Shown: positions 12,559 to 26,561 of the stretch, piece after piece
Position numbering within the stretch: position 1 is the stretch's first letter
Layout: every line of letters starts with the position of its first letter
Source of the DNA: Octopus sinensis
Lineage: Eukaryota
DNA: 64,000 nt
Assembly (NCBI RefSeq): GCF_006345805.1
Contig: NC_042999.1
Location: 103,106,001 to 103,170,000, forward strand
Direction: 5' to 3'
Notes under the pieces: generated by a model
What the model saw: the letters and a program-made list of their open reading frames with translations, nothing else
Databases searched by the model: none
What the model was told of the DNA's origin: nothing
Translations under genes and position numbers: made by a program

Positions 12559-12769
12559 AAGAAAGAGAGATTGTGCGTTTATAAATCTATATAACAGAAT
12601 ATATGCGTTTGTGTGTGTTTGTATGAGTACATATACATTATATATAAGTACGTATATATTGCAGATAAATGTTATATTCCATGCAACTATAAATCCTCAT
12701 TGATATGAGATACGCATTTATAGCCTATTAGCTAATATAAAATCACAGAAACAAACAAAATATCATTAC

Positions 12770-12880
12770 GTTGATGGTACATTATTATTCAAATTCAAAT
12801 CTTTGTGCATTTTGTCATAATTATGTGGAGGAAAACATTTCAAACGAAAACCTGAAGCGACAACATTCAAATACACATCA
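12770..12880 (-). repeat. ~100-bp dispersed repeat; inverted copy at 14845-14930
   Basis: TGTCGCTTCA.GTTTTCGTTTGAAATGTTTTCCTCCACATAATTATG.CAAAATGCACAAAGATTTGAAT is shared between the two loci in opposite orientation. Confidence 0.7.
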
Positions 12881-13771
12881 AAACACTTCGATAATAATGC
12901 TCATTTATTTCCATTAATATTTTGGAAAAAAATCCGTTTATTGTTAAGATACATATAAACAGACTAAAAACTAAAATATGTTTTTTTTTTCTTTTATATC
13001 GCTAAGTCATAAGAAACATGTTCTAGTGGCGGTTGTTGGACAACTGGCTGTTGAGCGTGTAGGACGATCGAATCAGAACTCAAGAATTGCTTCATGAGAC
13101 AGTAACACATAGAAATATCGTAATTTCTTACCTTTGGGGGCCTGGTTCGAATATGCTTACAAAAATCGTATTAAACAAATTGATGAGTTAAATTTACTAC
13201 ACAAGAACATATATAGTGCACATGATAGTCTACCGTAGAGTCTCCATATGACTGTTTTAGCCCTAATCAGAATCATTAATATATGTTGTAGGACACCGAT
13301 ATAGTTTACAAATGCCTGCCGATGAAACCGTAAATTCTGTCGTTACGTGATGTATTATATAGGAGTCCCGGATAAGAAGAATATACAAATGTTTATCGTA
13401 ACATCAAACACAAAACATAAAACGGTTGGTTTCATCGATGTAAATAAACAGTGTACAACATAATGGAAATCATAACTGACGGATAATAAAGCCAAATGAA
13501 ATGAAAACAAAGAGAAATAGAAAAAGAAAGATCACTCAATACGAACTCCACATCTAGATAATGTAAATAAAAGAACAAAAATTGCATAGTGGGGGGAAAA
13601 AAGATGATCAGCTGAAAGAAATTGCGTATAATCATTTAGCCAAGTGGTGAAGGTTCTTTCTGCTATCTTTTCCAAAGTACTTTTTAACGTATAGCACCAT
13701 TCCGAAAACAATTTGCATTCCTTTTTATTGTTCACATGTATTGACGCTCACAAGTATTGACGAACGAACTT

Positions 13772-13850
<79 letters not shown>

Positions 13851-13945
13851 ATGTTCTTTCAAAATTCTCATATACGTATGCCTTTTAGGATATTAACGTT
13901 GTATAGTTTTTATGGTACTTGTTTCTACGTGCCTGAAATGTTGTA

Positions 13946-14090
13946 GGGGGTGGCTAGCCGATGTAATCGTTAACAGTACTCAACCGGCATCATTTATTTT
14001 AAAGACATCAAAAGGATGAAAGGTAACATTGACCTCGGTGACATTTGAAATGAGAATATTAAGCCGCTAAGCATTTACTAGCTCGCCGCC
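13946..14090 (-). mobile_element. SINE family A, degenerate
   Basis: AAGGATGAAAGG...TTGACCTCGG...CTCGCCGCCT. Confidence 0.65.
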
Positions 14091-14112
14091 TCTGTATGTG
14101 TGTATAGTATAT

Positions 14113-14186
<74 letters not shown>

Positions 14187-14236
14187 CAAAAACACGCGCA
14201 CACACACACACACACGCACACACACACACACACACA

Positions 14237-14350
14237 TCTGTGAGTGGTTTGGGTATTCGACTCCCGATCGCAAGGTCGTGAGTTCGATTTCAGGTGGTTC
14301 GTTGTGTCTGTGACAAGATACTTTATTTCACGTCGTTTCAGTCCTCTCAG
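14237..14350 (+). mobile_element. SINE family C, partial
   Basis: GAGTTCGATTTC B box and ACAAGATACTTTATTTCACGT core. Confidence 0.55.
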
Positions 14351-15184
14351 ATACTTTATTTGTGTGTGGTTGTGTGTATAAACGTACATTCATGTGGTGG
14401 GTTTGTACACAAGTGTGTGTGTTTCACTATTATTTATGTGTTTGTGTATCTGTGTATATGTGTTCCATATGTATATGTGAGTGCGTGTAGTTATTAAGTC
14501 CAGGAACCGAAATGGAGCTCTCAAGGAATCTTATACAAATTTTCATTCTGTAATTAGCCAATTGTATTTGGAGAATGCAAATCAGTTTACTTCATTCTTT
14601 CTAGAAAAAAACTCCAACATTTCTTGACTTTTATCAAATCTATTACCATATTATTCAATGTATATATTATATTAGGTACAAACGAAAATTCATCGTTTTG
14701 AAATAATAGTTGTAAGTTTCCGATTAATTCCCCATAGATGTTTTCCATTTTCCCAAATTTGTGACGGGACGTTCACACCAGCTGGAAGTTGATCTGTACA
14801 ACAGTGCATGATTTTAGTATGTAGTCTTCTGTTTTAATTAATATTGTCGCTTCAAGTTTTCGTTTGAAATGTTTTCCTCCACATAATTATGGCAAAATGC
14901 ACAAAGATTTGAATAATAATATACCATCCTTATGATAAGGAAGGAGATGGTTTCTAACAAAAATGCAAAGCTTCATCGTTGAAATATAGATAACAAAATC
15001 AAAGTTACCTTTTGAAACTGAGAAAAATTTTGCGCACTTTTACTGTCTCACTTACAAGTTGTAATTGTAAACTGCGAGTTAGCCGGTTGAATTCTTTTTC
15101 TGAAAAGCCCAAGCGTAATCTAATTGCCACTTAGGCATTTACTCATAAAACCAAGTGCACCACTCCTCATTGGTATACACGTGA

Positions 15185-15500
15185 ATTTATAAAATGGATA
15201 TATTGAAACTGAGGGTGTCCAGGGAGTTGTCCATAGTTGTCCTATTTCTCTTGATTTTCAGAGGTATTCACATCAATAGGACAACTGATTTCTATGACGG
15301 TACATTCTTTCTCTTGCCTGTCCAAAACACTATCCAGCATAATATAATTACAATTGATAGATGTTTTGATGGGAATATTCCACCAGTATTCTTTGTATTA
15401 TGAATTATGTATGTATCCGATCTCCGCAAACTTCTGCCAGAACCAATATTGTCACTGATTTCCAAATACGCTGCACCCTATGACCACGATATTTAAGTAA
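15185..15500 (-). mobile_element. RLE-clade LINE endonuclease fragment, very degenerate
   Basis: Minus strand: EYWWNIPIKTSINC...DRQEKECTVIEISCPID, homologous to 6616-7040. Confidence 0.5.
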
Positions 15501-17549
15501 GGTTTTTGGCATGATTCACTCCAAGCTGTCGACAAATACAGAGAGAGAGAGAGATGGAGAGAGAGAGAGAGAATATTTATATTTTCTGTATCCTTGCAGT
15601 TCTGTTGAGAGAGCCGGCAAGTGATTTACTTAAGAACTGCGCTTCAACAGATGTGTGTCTATAAAGACATTAAAAAAATTTTTTTGGAACAGTCTCAAGG
15701 AAGTCATTGCTCTGGAGTGACATATCCAGTAAGAGACATTAAATTGTGATACTGTAACAAAAACCGTTGTCAGCCTGTCTGTCTGTCTACTTGTCTATCT
15801 GTTTCTCTTTCTCTATCTTTCTATCTTTCCTTGTCTCCGTCTTTCAGCAAATGCATACTATGAGCAGATATAGCACAGTACTGTGATGTGTGAAAGAGAA
15901 AACTACATAATTAATGACTGTTTTGTAGCTTGAATTATCCGTTACAGTCCTTTTATGGACATGGGTTAACATAGAAATGCTCACTTTGCAACACTGTTTC
16001 AACCAACTCTATTACTACGATGCCAAAAGAAAAAAAACAAGAAAGAAAAGTAAAAACGAAAAACAAAAAAAAATAGTAGAAATCAATGAATGACTTGTTA
16101 CAAACCTTTGTGTCGGTTACGATCGAAATCGTTTTCGAAAAAAAAAAATAATAATAAATGAGTGGAATAGGATAAGTCGTGTTGACGATATTGTTGTGTC
16201 AGTTGTTTGATGTTAAGTTGTTGTTCAGCTTCACTTCTGTTGAGAGGGAATTTTGCCTATTCTTTTGAAACCATTTATCCTGTTATGATCTCAGTCTGCC
16301 AATGAAAAAAAAAAGAAAAAGAAAGAAAAAGAAAAAAGATTATAGTACTTTATGATGGAGATTAATTAAGTCCACTGTTGCGTAGTTTTGGTAGAATATC
16401 GGTTTGTCTGTTCCCTCGAGGCTAAATATAATCCAGTCTTGGATATTCCTTCCCATCTCATTAACTGGTCTTTCCCTAAATCGTTTGACACAGGTTTACA
16501 TAGCATGTAACTCGTGACACTTTATAGTTTAGAACGTGTGCGTAATATGCCTTACCGGATTGTTATAATTTGTTTTTAACCCTCCCAACAAGTCTGTCTA
16601 CCTCACCCGTATCTAGCAATGCAGTAATCCAGGCAACACAATTGAATGTCCTTTTTTTTTTACAAATGATGTAACGGAAGTTGAAGGAGGTTTAGTTGAT
16701 ATTTCTGCCTGTTCAAGAGAGCACGCAGAGGCGTCCGGCTTGGCTCTTAACGTAATATTTCTTTTCTATGCATCTTTGGCAGGGGACCTCTTTTTTTTCG
16801 TTTATTGCTATTGAATCTAAAAGTTTGAAGGACAACATAATTTTTTTATTTTACGACTAGACCTTTTTTCAAGTTAATGTTAACTCTTTTGCCTACAGTC
16901 TCGTGAGACAACAGCATACTCTTCGAGTATGCATACTCTTCGGTATTGCCACTTTTAAAACGTACATAGACTCGCAATCAATTGTCATTTTGTTTAAATT
17001 ATTGGTCCCTCTGCGGAGGTTATTATTTTTATTTAAAATACATACGTGAATGAGAGATTCTTTTATTTCGCCTAAATTGATAAAAAAGAAAAGGAACCCT
17101 AGAATTTTTTATTACGACAGCCTCAGAAGAATGTCTATGAAAAACTTTTGTTCTACAATGCATGTAGAAACAACAATGGGCATAAAAAAGGCAGGTTAGG
17201 AAGGCAGTCATCATCAGGCGGAAGTGTGAAGAGGAGTGAAATTTATATAAGCCTGTATAAATTTCTGTGTCTGTCTGTAAGTATCGAGGGAGTCAGAAGA
17301 GTATTCGTTCCAAGCGCTGAGAACATTTCCTAAATCACTCAATCAAGCAACTCGATGACATTTTGGCGCAGTTATTGCTTACCGTGTGTCGATCAGTCTA
17401 TGATAGAACTTGCTCCACATTGCTGTTTTGCCTAAGCTTACTCTAAAACAAAACCTATGATCAAAAACTTCAAAGGCGTGACAGGCCCACCATTTTTCTC
17501 ACACCCAGTGTGTCTCTAACTACATGATCCAATGTTTTGCTTTTATTTT

Positions 17550-17643
17550 TCATGTTAATAAATTGTCATTTGCGAGAACTATAGCTGCTGTCTCCAGCTT
17601 CTCAAGCAACCGCTTAATGGCTCCCTTATCAGCTCGTGTTCTA
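17550..17643 (-). CDS. Candidate terminal coding exon (RTRADKGAIKRLLEKLETAAIVLANDNLLT*)
   Basis: Acceptor TTTTTGTACAG, protein-like open frame to TGA, more balanced composition than its flanks. No homology recognised. Confidence 0.25.
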
Positions 17644-18162
17644 CTGTACAAAAATATTAAGCACTGATAATACTGCCACTGACAGCACAAGAGATGTCAA
17701 TAAAAACGACATCAACAAGAGCAACAACAACAACACCAGCAGCAGCAGCAGAAGCAGAAGCAGCAATAAAAAAAAAAACAACGTGTGCAATAGTGCAAAA
17801 AAATCTTTACAACACCAGCAGTATTGTTTGTAATATCAAACCTAACCAAACACCTATAACAGTATAACAGTAACACAACAACAATGACAACAGTGCTAAC
17901 AAGAACAACAATTACAACAACATAAATGTATAGCAAGCAGCCTCTATGAGTGCATTCCAAATTCTTCATACTGGCGACACTCTTTGTCAAATGAAAATTG
18001 ATTATGATACTTTAAATATTTTTGGCAATTAAAATTCATTTCTCGACACAAATCATGTCTAAATGTAGGCAGAGCTGTTGGATCTGAAATGTACTTCACA
18101 GCTAAATGTATTTACTGCTTTAGAAGTAATATATAGGGTGGAGGTAAAGAACATGGACCGCA

Positions 18163-18742
18163 CCCAGTTTCAGTGGAATACATCCACTTGTTTTCAATAA
18201 TAGAAATATTAAAATTACTAAGTCTCTCTAAAAGAGAACACGGCAGCGTTCCTGGAAATTAATAGCGGACAGCTTTATTCTTATTTTTATAAGAATGCCA
18301 TATTAGTATGGCGATAACTATTAATTTCCAGGAACGCTGCCGTGTTCTCTTTTAGATAGACTTAGTAATTTTAATATTTCTATTATTGAAAACAAGTGGA
18401 TTTATTCCACTGAAACTAGGTAAATAAAACCTTCGAACAGGGATTGTCGGAAGCGACACCTACTGGTCTGACTACGCTACATTGAAAAGGGGCAATACCC
18501 CGAAACGCGTCTGTAGCTGTCGATCAAGTAGTGTGGAGCGACTGACCTCCCTTGTTCGAAGGTTATATGGATACAGTTTGTGTATCAAATAGCTAACTTA
18601 AGGCGATGGCCTCATGGAGCTAATAAGCGGACAACTTTATTCTTATTTTTATAAGAATGCCATATTAGTATGGCGATAACTATTAATTTCCAGGAACGCT
18701 GCCGTGTTCTCTTTTAGAGAGACTTAGTAATTTTTATATTTC

Positions 18743-18745
<3 letters not shown>
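18163..18745 (+). mobile_element. Penelope/retrozyme-like non-coding element: inverted arm plus 362-bp-period partial tandem
   Basis: Inverted arms at 18163-18265 and 18317-18420; 18265-18385 is repeated at 18627-18745; a hammerhead lies between the direct repeats. Confidence 0.75.
18476..18517 (+). ncRNA. Type I hammerhead ribozyme, U3:A8 core variant
   Basis: GCUACA-UUGAAAA-GGGG(CAAUA)CCCC-GAAA-CGCG-UC-UGUAGC: 6-bp stem I, 4-bp stem II, palindromic stem III ACGCGU, GUC cleavage triplet. Confidence 0.75.
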
Positions 18746-18808
<63 letters not shown>

Positions 18809-19111
18809 ATATCTATATATGCAAGTAAACAAATAGATAAGTACATAGAGATGGGTAATACGGACAGGCAAGCACACACACACACATACAAACACACATA
18901 CATACACAAGAAGAAACAGAAACACATGACCATCTGCACAGATGCACACTCCACACACATACAAGGACACATATGGAGACACATATCCATACATAACAGA
19001 CGCATGTAGATACACAAACCATACACATGGGTACACTCAAGCACGCACACACTAAACATGCACACACAAGCACATAAATATACAAAAAGCATACATACAA
19101 ACGTACACATA

Positions 19112-19520
19112 GGCGCAGGAGTGGCTGTGTGGTAAGTAGCTTGTTTACCAGCCACATGGTTCTGGGTTCAGTCCCACTGCATGGCACCTTGGGCAAGTGT
19201 CTTCTACTATAGCCTCGGGCCGACCAAAGCCTTGTGAGTGGATTTGGTAGACGGAAACTGAAAGAAGCCCGTCGTATATATGTATATATATATGCGTGTG
19301 TGTGTTTGTGTGAGTGTGTTTGTCCCCCTAGCATTGCTTGACAACCGATGCTGGTGTGTTTACGTCCCTGTCAACTAGCGGTTCGGCAAAAGAGACCGAT
19401 AGAATAAGTACTGGGCTTACAAAAGAATACGTCCCGGGGTCGAGTTGCTCGATTAAAGGCGGTGCTCCAGCATGGCCGCAGTCAAATGACTGAAACAAGT
19501 AAAAGAGTAAAAGAGTAAGA
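19112..19520 (+). mobile_element. SINE family B, full-length reference copy
   Basis: GCGCAGGAGTGGCTGTGTGGTAAG head, GGTTCAGTCC B box, CCTTGGGCAAGTGTC core, internal (TA/TG)n, tail GGTGCTCCAGCATGGCCGC...(AAAAGAGT)n. Confidence 0.9.
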
Positions 19521-19684
19521 GTATACACACACATTCATAAATAAATACATAATTACTAATGGATTAAAACAGAATGACTCTCCCCAGACACAACAAATAT
19601 GCTTCAACACACGAATTCACAAAAAGAATCTTGCAAACCAAATACAAAAACGAAATATATATATATATATATATATATAATATG

Positions 19685-20449
19685 TATATATATATATAAT
19701 AATAAATATTAGGGAATAAATCCAAACTTACAGGGAAAAATCAGATTTAGGATTGAATCCAATTTTATAGTAAAATATTATATTATATTAAATTAGAGAC
19801 AAAACCACTATTATGCAAATCAAACAATGAAAGACTTAAGCCAATACATAAATTAATTTATATTATTTAGATATATAACAATTATTAAAAAATATAATTA
19901 ATATCCACTACGATCGTTTCCTGTCTTCTGTCATCAAATGTTTGAGTAGCAGACTCAAAAATTTGATGACAGAAGACAGGAAACGATCGTAGTGGATATT
20001 AATTATATTTTTAATAATTGTTATATATCTAAATAATATAAATTAAGTTATGTATTGGCTTAAGTCTTTCATTGTTTGATTTGCATAATAGTGGTTTTGT
20101 TTCTAATTTAATATTATATATATTAAATTAGAGACAAAACCACTATTATGCAAATCAAACAATGAAAGACTTAAGCCAATACATAAATTAATTTATATTA
20201 TTTAGATATATAACAATTATTAAAAAATATAATTAATATCCACTACGATCGTTTCCTGTCTTCTGTCATCAAATGTTTGAGTAGCAGACTCAAAAATTTG
20301 ATGACAGAAGACAGGAAACGATCGTAGTGGATATTAATTATATTTTTAATAATTGTTATATATCTAAATAATATAAATTAAGTTATGTATTGGCTTAAGT
20401 CTTTCATGTTTGATTTGCATAATAGTGGTTTTGTTTCTAATTTAATATT

Positions 20450-20450
<1 letters not shown>
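19685..20450. repeat. Tandem dimer of a ~335-bp palindrome (L-R-L-R) with a unique 5' leader
   Basis: 19780-19945 is the reverse complement of 19955-20115 around TTTGAGT-AGCAG-ACTCAAA; the whole hairpin repeats at 20120-20450. Confidence 0.9.
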
Positions 20451-20765
<315 letters not shown>

Positions 20766-21104
20766 GATGTATGTATCTATGTATGTTTGTGTTCTTTTTT
20801 TCAGTTGTCTGACTATGTGCTTCTTATCCTGCTGACCCTATAACGTGCATCTGCTGCTGAATCCATCTCTAGTGTGATGTTATGCGTTGCTGAATACTGA
20901 AACATGTGCAACAGAAGAAATAAAGGACTATCAAGTCAATGTTCACATTTTACCCTTATTATTGCTGTGCTCTTGTATTACGTCGTAGCTCACCTTCGAG
21001 TGGGGAGAACCTTTGTGCATACGTGGCGGTGAATGTTTAACGCGATCAAACGTTCAAGGTGAATCTTAAAATGGTTTAGCTGTCGCGCGTCCACCACATG
21101 CAGT

Positions 21105-21151
<47 letters not shown>

Positions 21152-21502
21152 AGACACACAGACACACACAAATACACACACACACACACACACACGTACA
21201 CATGCACATACACGCGTACACACACATGCGGCTAAGAAATTCGCTTCACAACAATATGGTTTTGAATTCTGTTCCATTTTGCAGTAACTTGGACAAGTAA
21301 ATTCTACCGTCCCCTAGAGCCGACCTATGGCTTGTGACTAAATTGTGTAGTCGAAAACCCTGAGTAGAAACCCGGGCTATGCACCCACGTTCACGCATAT
21401 ATACACTCTATCTTGTTATAATTATATATTCTTATATTTTCTTGCTTACTTACGTATTTTCTTTCTGATATATTTTATGCTTCTTAAAAAATATTTTACA
21501 TA

Positions 21503-21908
21503 CGCGTAGGAGTGGTTGTGTGGTAAGTAGCTTGTTTACCAACCACATGGTTCCGCGTTCAGTCCCACTGCGTGGCACCTTGGGCAAGTGTCTTCTACTA
21601 TAGCCTCGGGTCTACCAAAGCCTTGTGAGTGGATTTGGTAGACGGAAACTGAAAGAAGCCCGTCGTATATATGTATATACATATATATGTGTGTGCATAT
21701 GTTTGTGTGTCTGTGTTTATCCTCCTAACATCGCTTGACAACCGATGCTGGTGTGTACGTCGCAGTAACTTAGCGGTTCGGCAAAAGACACTGATAGAAT
21801 AAGTATTAGGTTTCCAAAGAATAAGTCCTGGGGTCGACTTGCTCGACTAAAGGCGGTGCTGCAGCATGGCAGCAGTCAAATGACTGAAACAAGTAAAAGA
21901 GTTAAGAG
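21503..21908 (+). mobile_element. SINE family B, full length
   Basis: Collinear with 19112-19520. Confidence 0.9.
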
Positions 21909-22075
21909 TATGTATTTTGTTTTACTTTATTATATCTTTCATTTTTTTTCTTATTGTTAAATCTCTCTCTCTCTCTCTCTCCGCATAATACACTGCCTCT
22001 ATCACTCACACATTCTCCATCACGGTCACACACGTACACGCACACACGTACGCATGCACATACACATGCTCTTCC

Positions 22076-22123
<48 letters not shown>

Positions 22124-22429
22124 GCACATACAGATGCTCTCCCACTTTCTTGTTCTTTTCTCACAATATAGTCTCAGCCTGTGTCTTGTCCCAGTCTCTT
22201 GTTTTGTTCCTTTCACTCATCTCCCCACCTCGATCCTACTCTTCCTCTTTCTCTTTCTCTTTCTCTCTCTCTCGCTCTCCCTCTTTTCCTTAATCTCTAA
22301 CTCCACATGTCTCTCTTACATAATTTTACTCCTTGTTATCTTACAACTACACTTTCATCTCTATCGTCCCACTGTACAATCACTTCATCTCTGGATTTCC
22401 GCATATCTGTCGATCGTTTACACATGCTT

Positions 22430-22550
22430 CACTCAAACTCCGCCGAGGTCGGCTGTGGTTTTCATCCTTTCGAAAGTCAATAAAATACGTTCCAGTTTAA
22501 CACTGGTACCGACGAAATCGACAAGCAGCCTCCTCCAAAATTTCAAGTTA
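22430..22550 (+). mobile_element. SINE family A, core and 3' part
   Basis: CCGCCGAGGTCGGCTGTGGTTTTCATCCTTTCG...AAAATTTCA. Confidence 0.6.
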
Positions 22551-23013
22551 AGAATAGAATTTAAATCCTCATCTCGCCACACAGTTTCGTTATCTCTCCA
22601 CCTCGATCACTCTCCTGTTGTCTTACTCTTCCTCTCTCTCTCTCCCCCCTACACACACCCTCTCTCCCTCAATATCCTTCACTTCTTTATTCGATATCTC
22701 TCTTACATCAATTCCATTATCCCTCACTCTCTATCTCTCTCTCTAACTCTCCATATATCTAACTCTCTAACTCTCCCTCTAGCTCCCTCATACCCTCCGA
22801 TCTCTCTCTTCCTTACTCACTATATTCTTTCACCTCTTATTTTCTTCCTTATTTTTTCCCTTCACCTCACTCATCTATTTCCTATTCTTTTACAGTACTA
22901 ATCTTTCCCATTTCAACCCTCAAAAATCCCTCACACTGTCTATTTCCTTACACACGCGCTCTCTCTCTCTCACACACACTTACACTCTCTCTCTCTCTCT
23001 CTCTCACTCTCTC

Positions 23014-23046
<33 letters not shown>

Positions 23047-23459
23047 ATAACGCCTTTTACTTTTTATCCTCTCACACACTCTTACTCACTCTCACCAATC
23101 TCCCAATCTCTTATTTCTTTACTCACACTCTCCCCCTGCATCCTATTCTATGACGCAAACATCAATTCTCCTCCAACTCCCTCCTCATCGTCGCCAAACT
23201 CTCACATTTGCACACATGCACCACACACAAAAACACACTCTTTCTCCGTCTCTCCACATACCTCATTTCCACACCGTGTTATCCTGCCACCAGGCTATGT
23301 TAAGATTAAATATTGGATATGTCACTACAGTAAGACTGTAGTAGCTTACATATGTAGTTACTTCCACTTGCCTGCACTATAATATCTCTAACAACTTCTA
23401 TAGTGTAACCTTTCTTCAAATATCGCGCGAACACACATGCACACGCACAGGCACAATAT

Positions 23460-23502
<43 letters not shown>

Positions 23503-23723
23503 CTCTCTCTCTCTCTGTTTTTCGATTGTTTCCTCGTCACTTCCATAACTTCCTCATTTATTTTCTTTTCTGTCTGTTTAACTCTTTCCGTACACACACA
23601 CAGTCACGCATACACACACACATGCACATGCACATATACATATATATATATATTACTAGATTTCTTTCTCTCTCTCTTCCTCTCTTTCACACATTAAAAT
23701 AAAAAGTGATGTACGTGTGCGAA

Positions 23724-23754
<31 letters not shown>

Positions 23755-24093
23755 ATATATGTATGTATGTATGTATGCGTGTGTGTGAGCGTGTGCATGT
23801 GTGAATAATTCTTTTTTGGAACTGTGGATCTCGGAGCATATAAAGCTATAAATAATAGCATGTAAATATTTGTCTGGAAAACATATGTGGATAGAAAAGT
23901 AGAAGGATGAACGTGGAGCAGGAACTACGTCTGCAGTAGACAAATTCATTGCGGTATATATCCTTAGACAACATCTCTTATAGAGGTACTATATATATAT
24001 ATATATATATCTTTATATATATATACATGTAATATATATATATATATATGTATATATAATATATATAAATATATGTATATATGACGTATATAA

Positions 24094-24149
<56 letters not shown>

Positions 24150-24189
24150 TGCATGTATGTATTCATACACACACAACATATATATACAT

Positions 24190-24237
<48 letters not shown>

Positions 24238-24240
<3 letters not shown>

Positions 24241-24451
24241 CTGGGATCCGAGTGTAGGGAGTTTGTAAGTTTCAGCAGTAAGCGACTCGTACAGAAAAAA
24301 AGCGGAAGGTCAACGATCAGAAACAATAACAATGGAGTAAGCCTACGCTACATTTTAATAAGTTCTTATCGTATATTGTCCACTTTTTGTTCTCTACGCC
24401 AGCCGCTTATGGTTGAAATTGAGAAAATTCCTATACTCCGATCCCCAGATA
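24238..24451. mobile_element. MITE-like element with ~26-bp imperfect terminal inverted repeats
   Basis: TATCTGGGATCCGAGTGTAGG ... CCTATACTCCGATCCCCAGATA. Confidence 0.4.
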
Positions 24452-25777
24452 GCATTTATACACACACACACACAAATAATATTGAGGTCTGTTACTTTCT
24501 CTTGTTATTTTACCGTTTTTTACCAAAATATATATAACATATATATATTATATATATAATATATATATATATATTAGAAAATTGAGGTAATCAGATCAGA
24601 TGGTTCATATTTGTAGATATTTATTTATATTTACATTTTTTACATATATATCATTCATTCGGATTAGCGCTTGCTCCCATTCTAGTGGGTTTTCAAATCA
24701 AATCAGTTGTGGGTAGTTTGAACCTTTTTATAGTTTCGTAGTAGTGGGTGAGGAGGAAGTGAGACAGAGAGAAAATATGTGTGTATGTGTGTGTGTGTGT
24801 GTGTGTGCGTGTGTGTGTGTGTGTGTGCGCATTTATATCTGAGAGTGAAGAAGTGTTATTTCCGTTGGTCTGCTGGACCCCCTGTGGTTTTATAAGAACT
24901 TTGGCCGTCCATTTCAATGTCACTGAGTGTGTGTTGTGCATAGGTTGGCCTGGCAAATGTCATTTGGGGTCACACTTTCTATGATCATTCTGTGGAGGTG
25001 TGTGTGTGTGTGTGTGTCTCTGTGTGTCTGTGTGTGTTTTTGTGTGTGTGTGTGTGTGTGTGTTGGTGTGTATGTGTTTGTGTGTTGTGTGTGTTCTGTG
25101 TGTTTGGAGAAGGGGAGAGAGACAAAAAGAGAAAAGGGAAAATAAAAATAATAATAATAAAAATAAAAATTAAAATTAAAAAAAAATTAAAAAATAAAAT
25201 AAAATAAATAAAAACAAAAAATAAAAAATAAAATAAAAAAATATAAAGAATAATAAAAATATAAAGAATAAAAAATAAAAAATAATAAAAATAAAAATAA
25301 AATAAAATAAGGGAGGAAGTGGAGAAGAAAAAATATTTTTGTGTGTTGATATTTATACCAACACATATAATAACACACACACAGACTTATACATAAAATA
25401 TTTGAAAAAACCTTTTTATCGGTTCAAAATGAACAACCAAATTATACCATCTTGAAAGTTGTATGTCATAGGAAAGTTAAAACTAAAGTGACAATTAAAG
25501 GGTAAAGATGGAAGTGAATTTAAAGATAATAAATATGATGTATATAACAGGCAATACACACATCTACACACCACAGATTTTTCCTTCAATGTATGTTGAG
25601 TAAAGTTTCAGCCATTTAATTTGGGGGAGAACTTAGCTATGAAATGTTTTTCCATATTCCTCCTGAAGGGGGTGTCATTCTTCGGACACTTGTAGAAGGG
25701 AAATATCTTAAATTTTCCTTCTCCACATGTAGCTAGGTGTGTGCTTAGTGGTATTTTGCGTAGTTCTTCCTGCCGAA

Positions 25778-25886
<109 letters not shown>

Positions 25887-25888
25887 GC

Positions 25889-25956
<68 letters not shown>

Positions 25957-25969
25957 TTTATATATATGT

Positions 25970-26034
<65 letters not shown>

Positions 26035-26056
26035 AAAGATATACACACATACGTGA

Positions 26057-26375
26057 AGGCGCATGGCTCAGTGGTTAGGGCGTCGAGCTCAAGATTGTGA
26101 GGTTGTTAGTTCGAATTCCGGACCGGGCTGCGTGCTGTGTTCTTGAGCAAGACACTATGTTGCACGTTGGTCCAGTTCACTCAGCTGTAGAAATGAGTTG
26201 TGACGTCATACGTGCCAAGCTGTATCGCCCTTTGCCTTTTCCTTGGATAACACTGGTGGCGAGGAAGGGGAGGCCGGTATGGAAGACTGCTGGTCTTCCA
26301 TAAACAACCTTGCCTGGACTTGTGCTTGGGAGGGTAACTTTCTAATGGTCAGTAATGACCGAAGGGGGTCTCAGC
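26057..26375 (+). mobile_element. SINE family C, full length
   Basis: GGCGCATGGCTCAGTGGTTAGG A box, AGTTCGAATTCC B box, TGTGTTCTTGAGCAAGACAC core. Confidence 0.85.
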
Positions 26376-26399
26376 ATACATATGTATATTTTTTCATTC

Positions 26400-26496
26400 T
26401 CTTAATCGTTTAATCTGTTACATGTTCAGCTATTTGACTGCGCCCATGCTAGAGCACCATCTTAAAGGGTTTTATTCAAAGAAATACACACACTAG

Positions 26497-26561
<65 letters not shown>

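Noticed and set aside
13055-13110. Minus-strand CTCATGA...CGATCGTC degenerate hammerhead-like string
   Set aside because: GAAA is absent and stem I is unmatched.
21335-21375. GACTA-AATTGTG-TAGTC-GAAA hairpin resembling hammerhead stem II
   Set aside because: No CUGANGA-like core upstream and no stem I or III.
21954-22901. 315-aa ORF
   Set aside because: Stop-poor CT-rich low-complexity DNA plus a SINE fragment.
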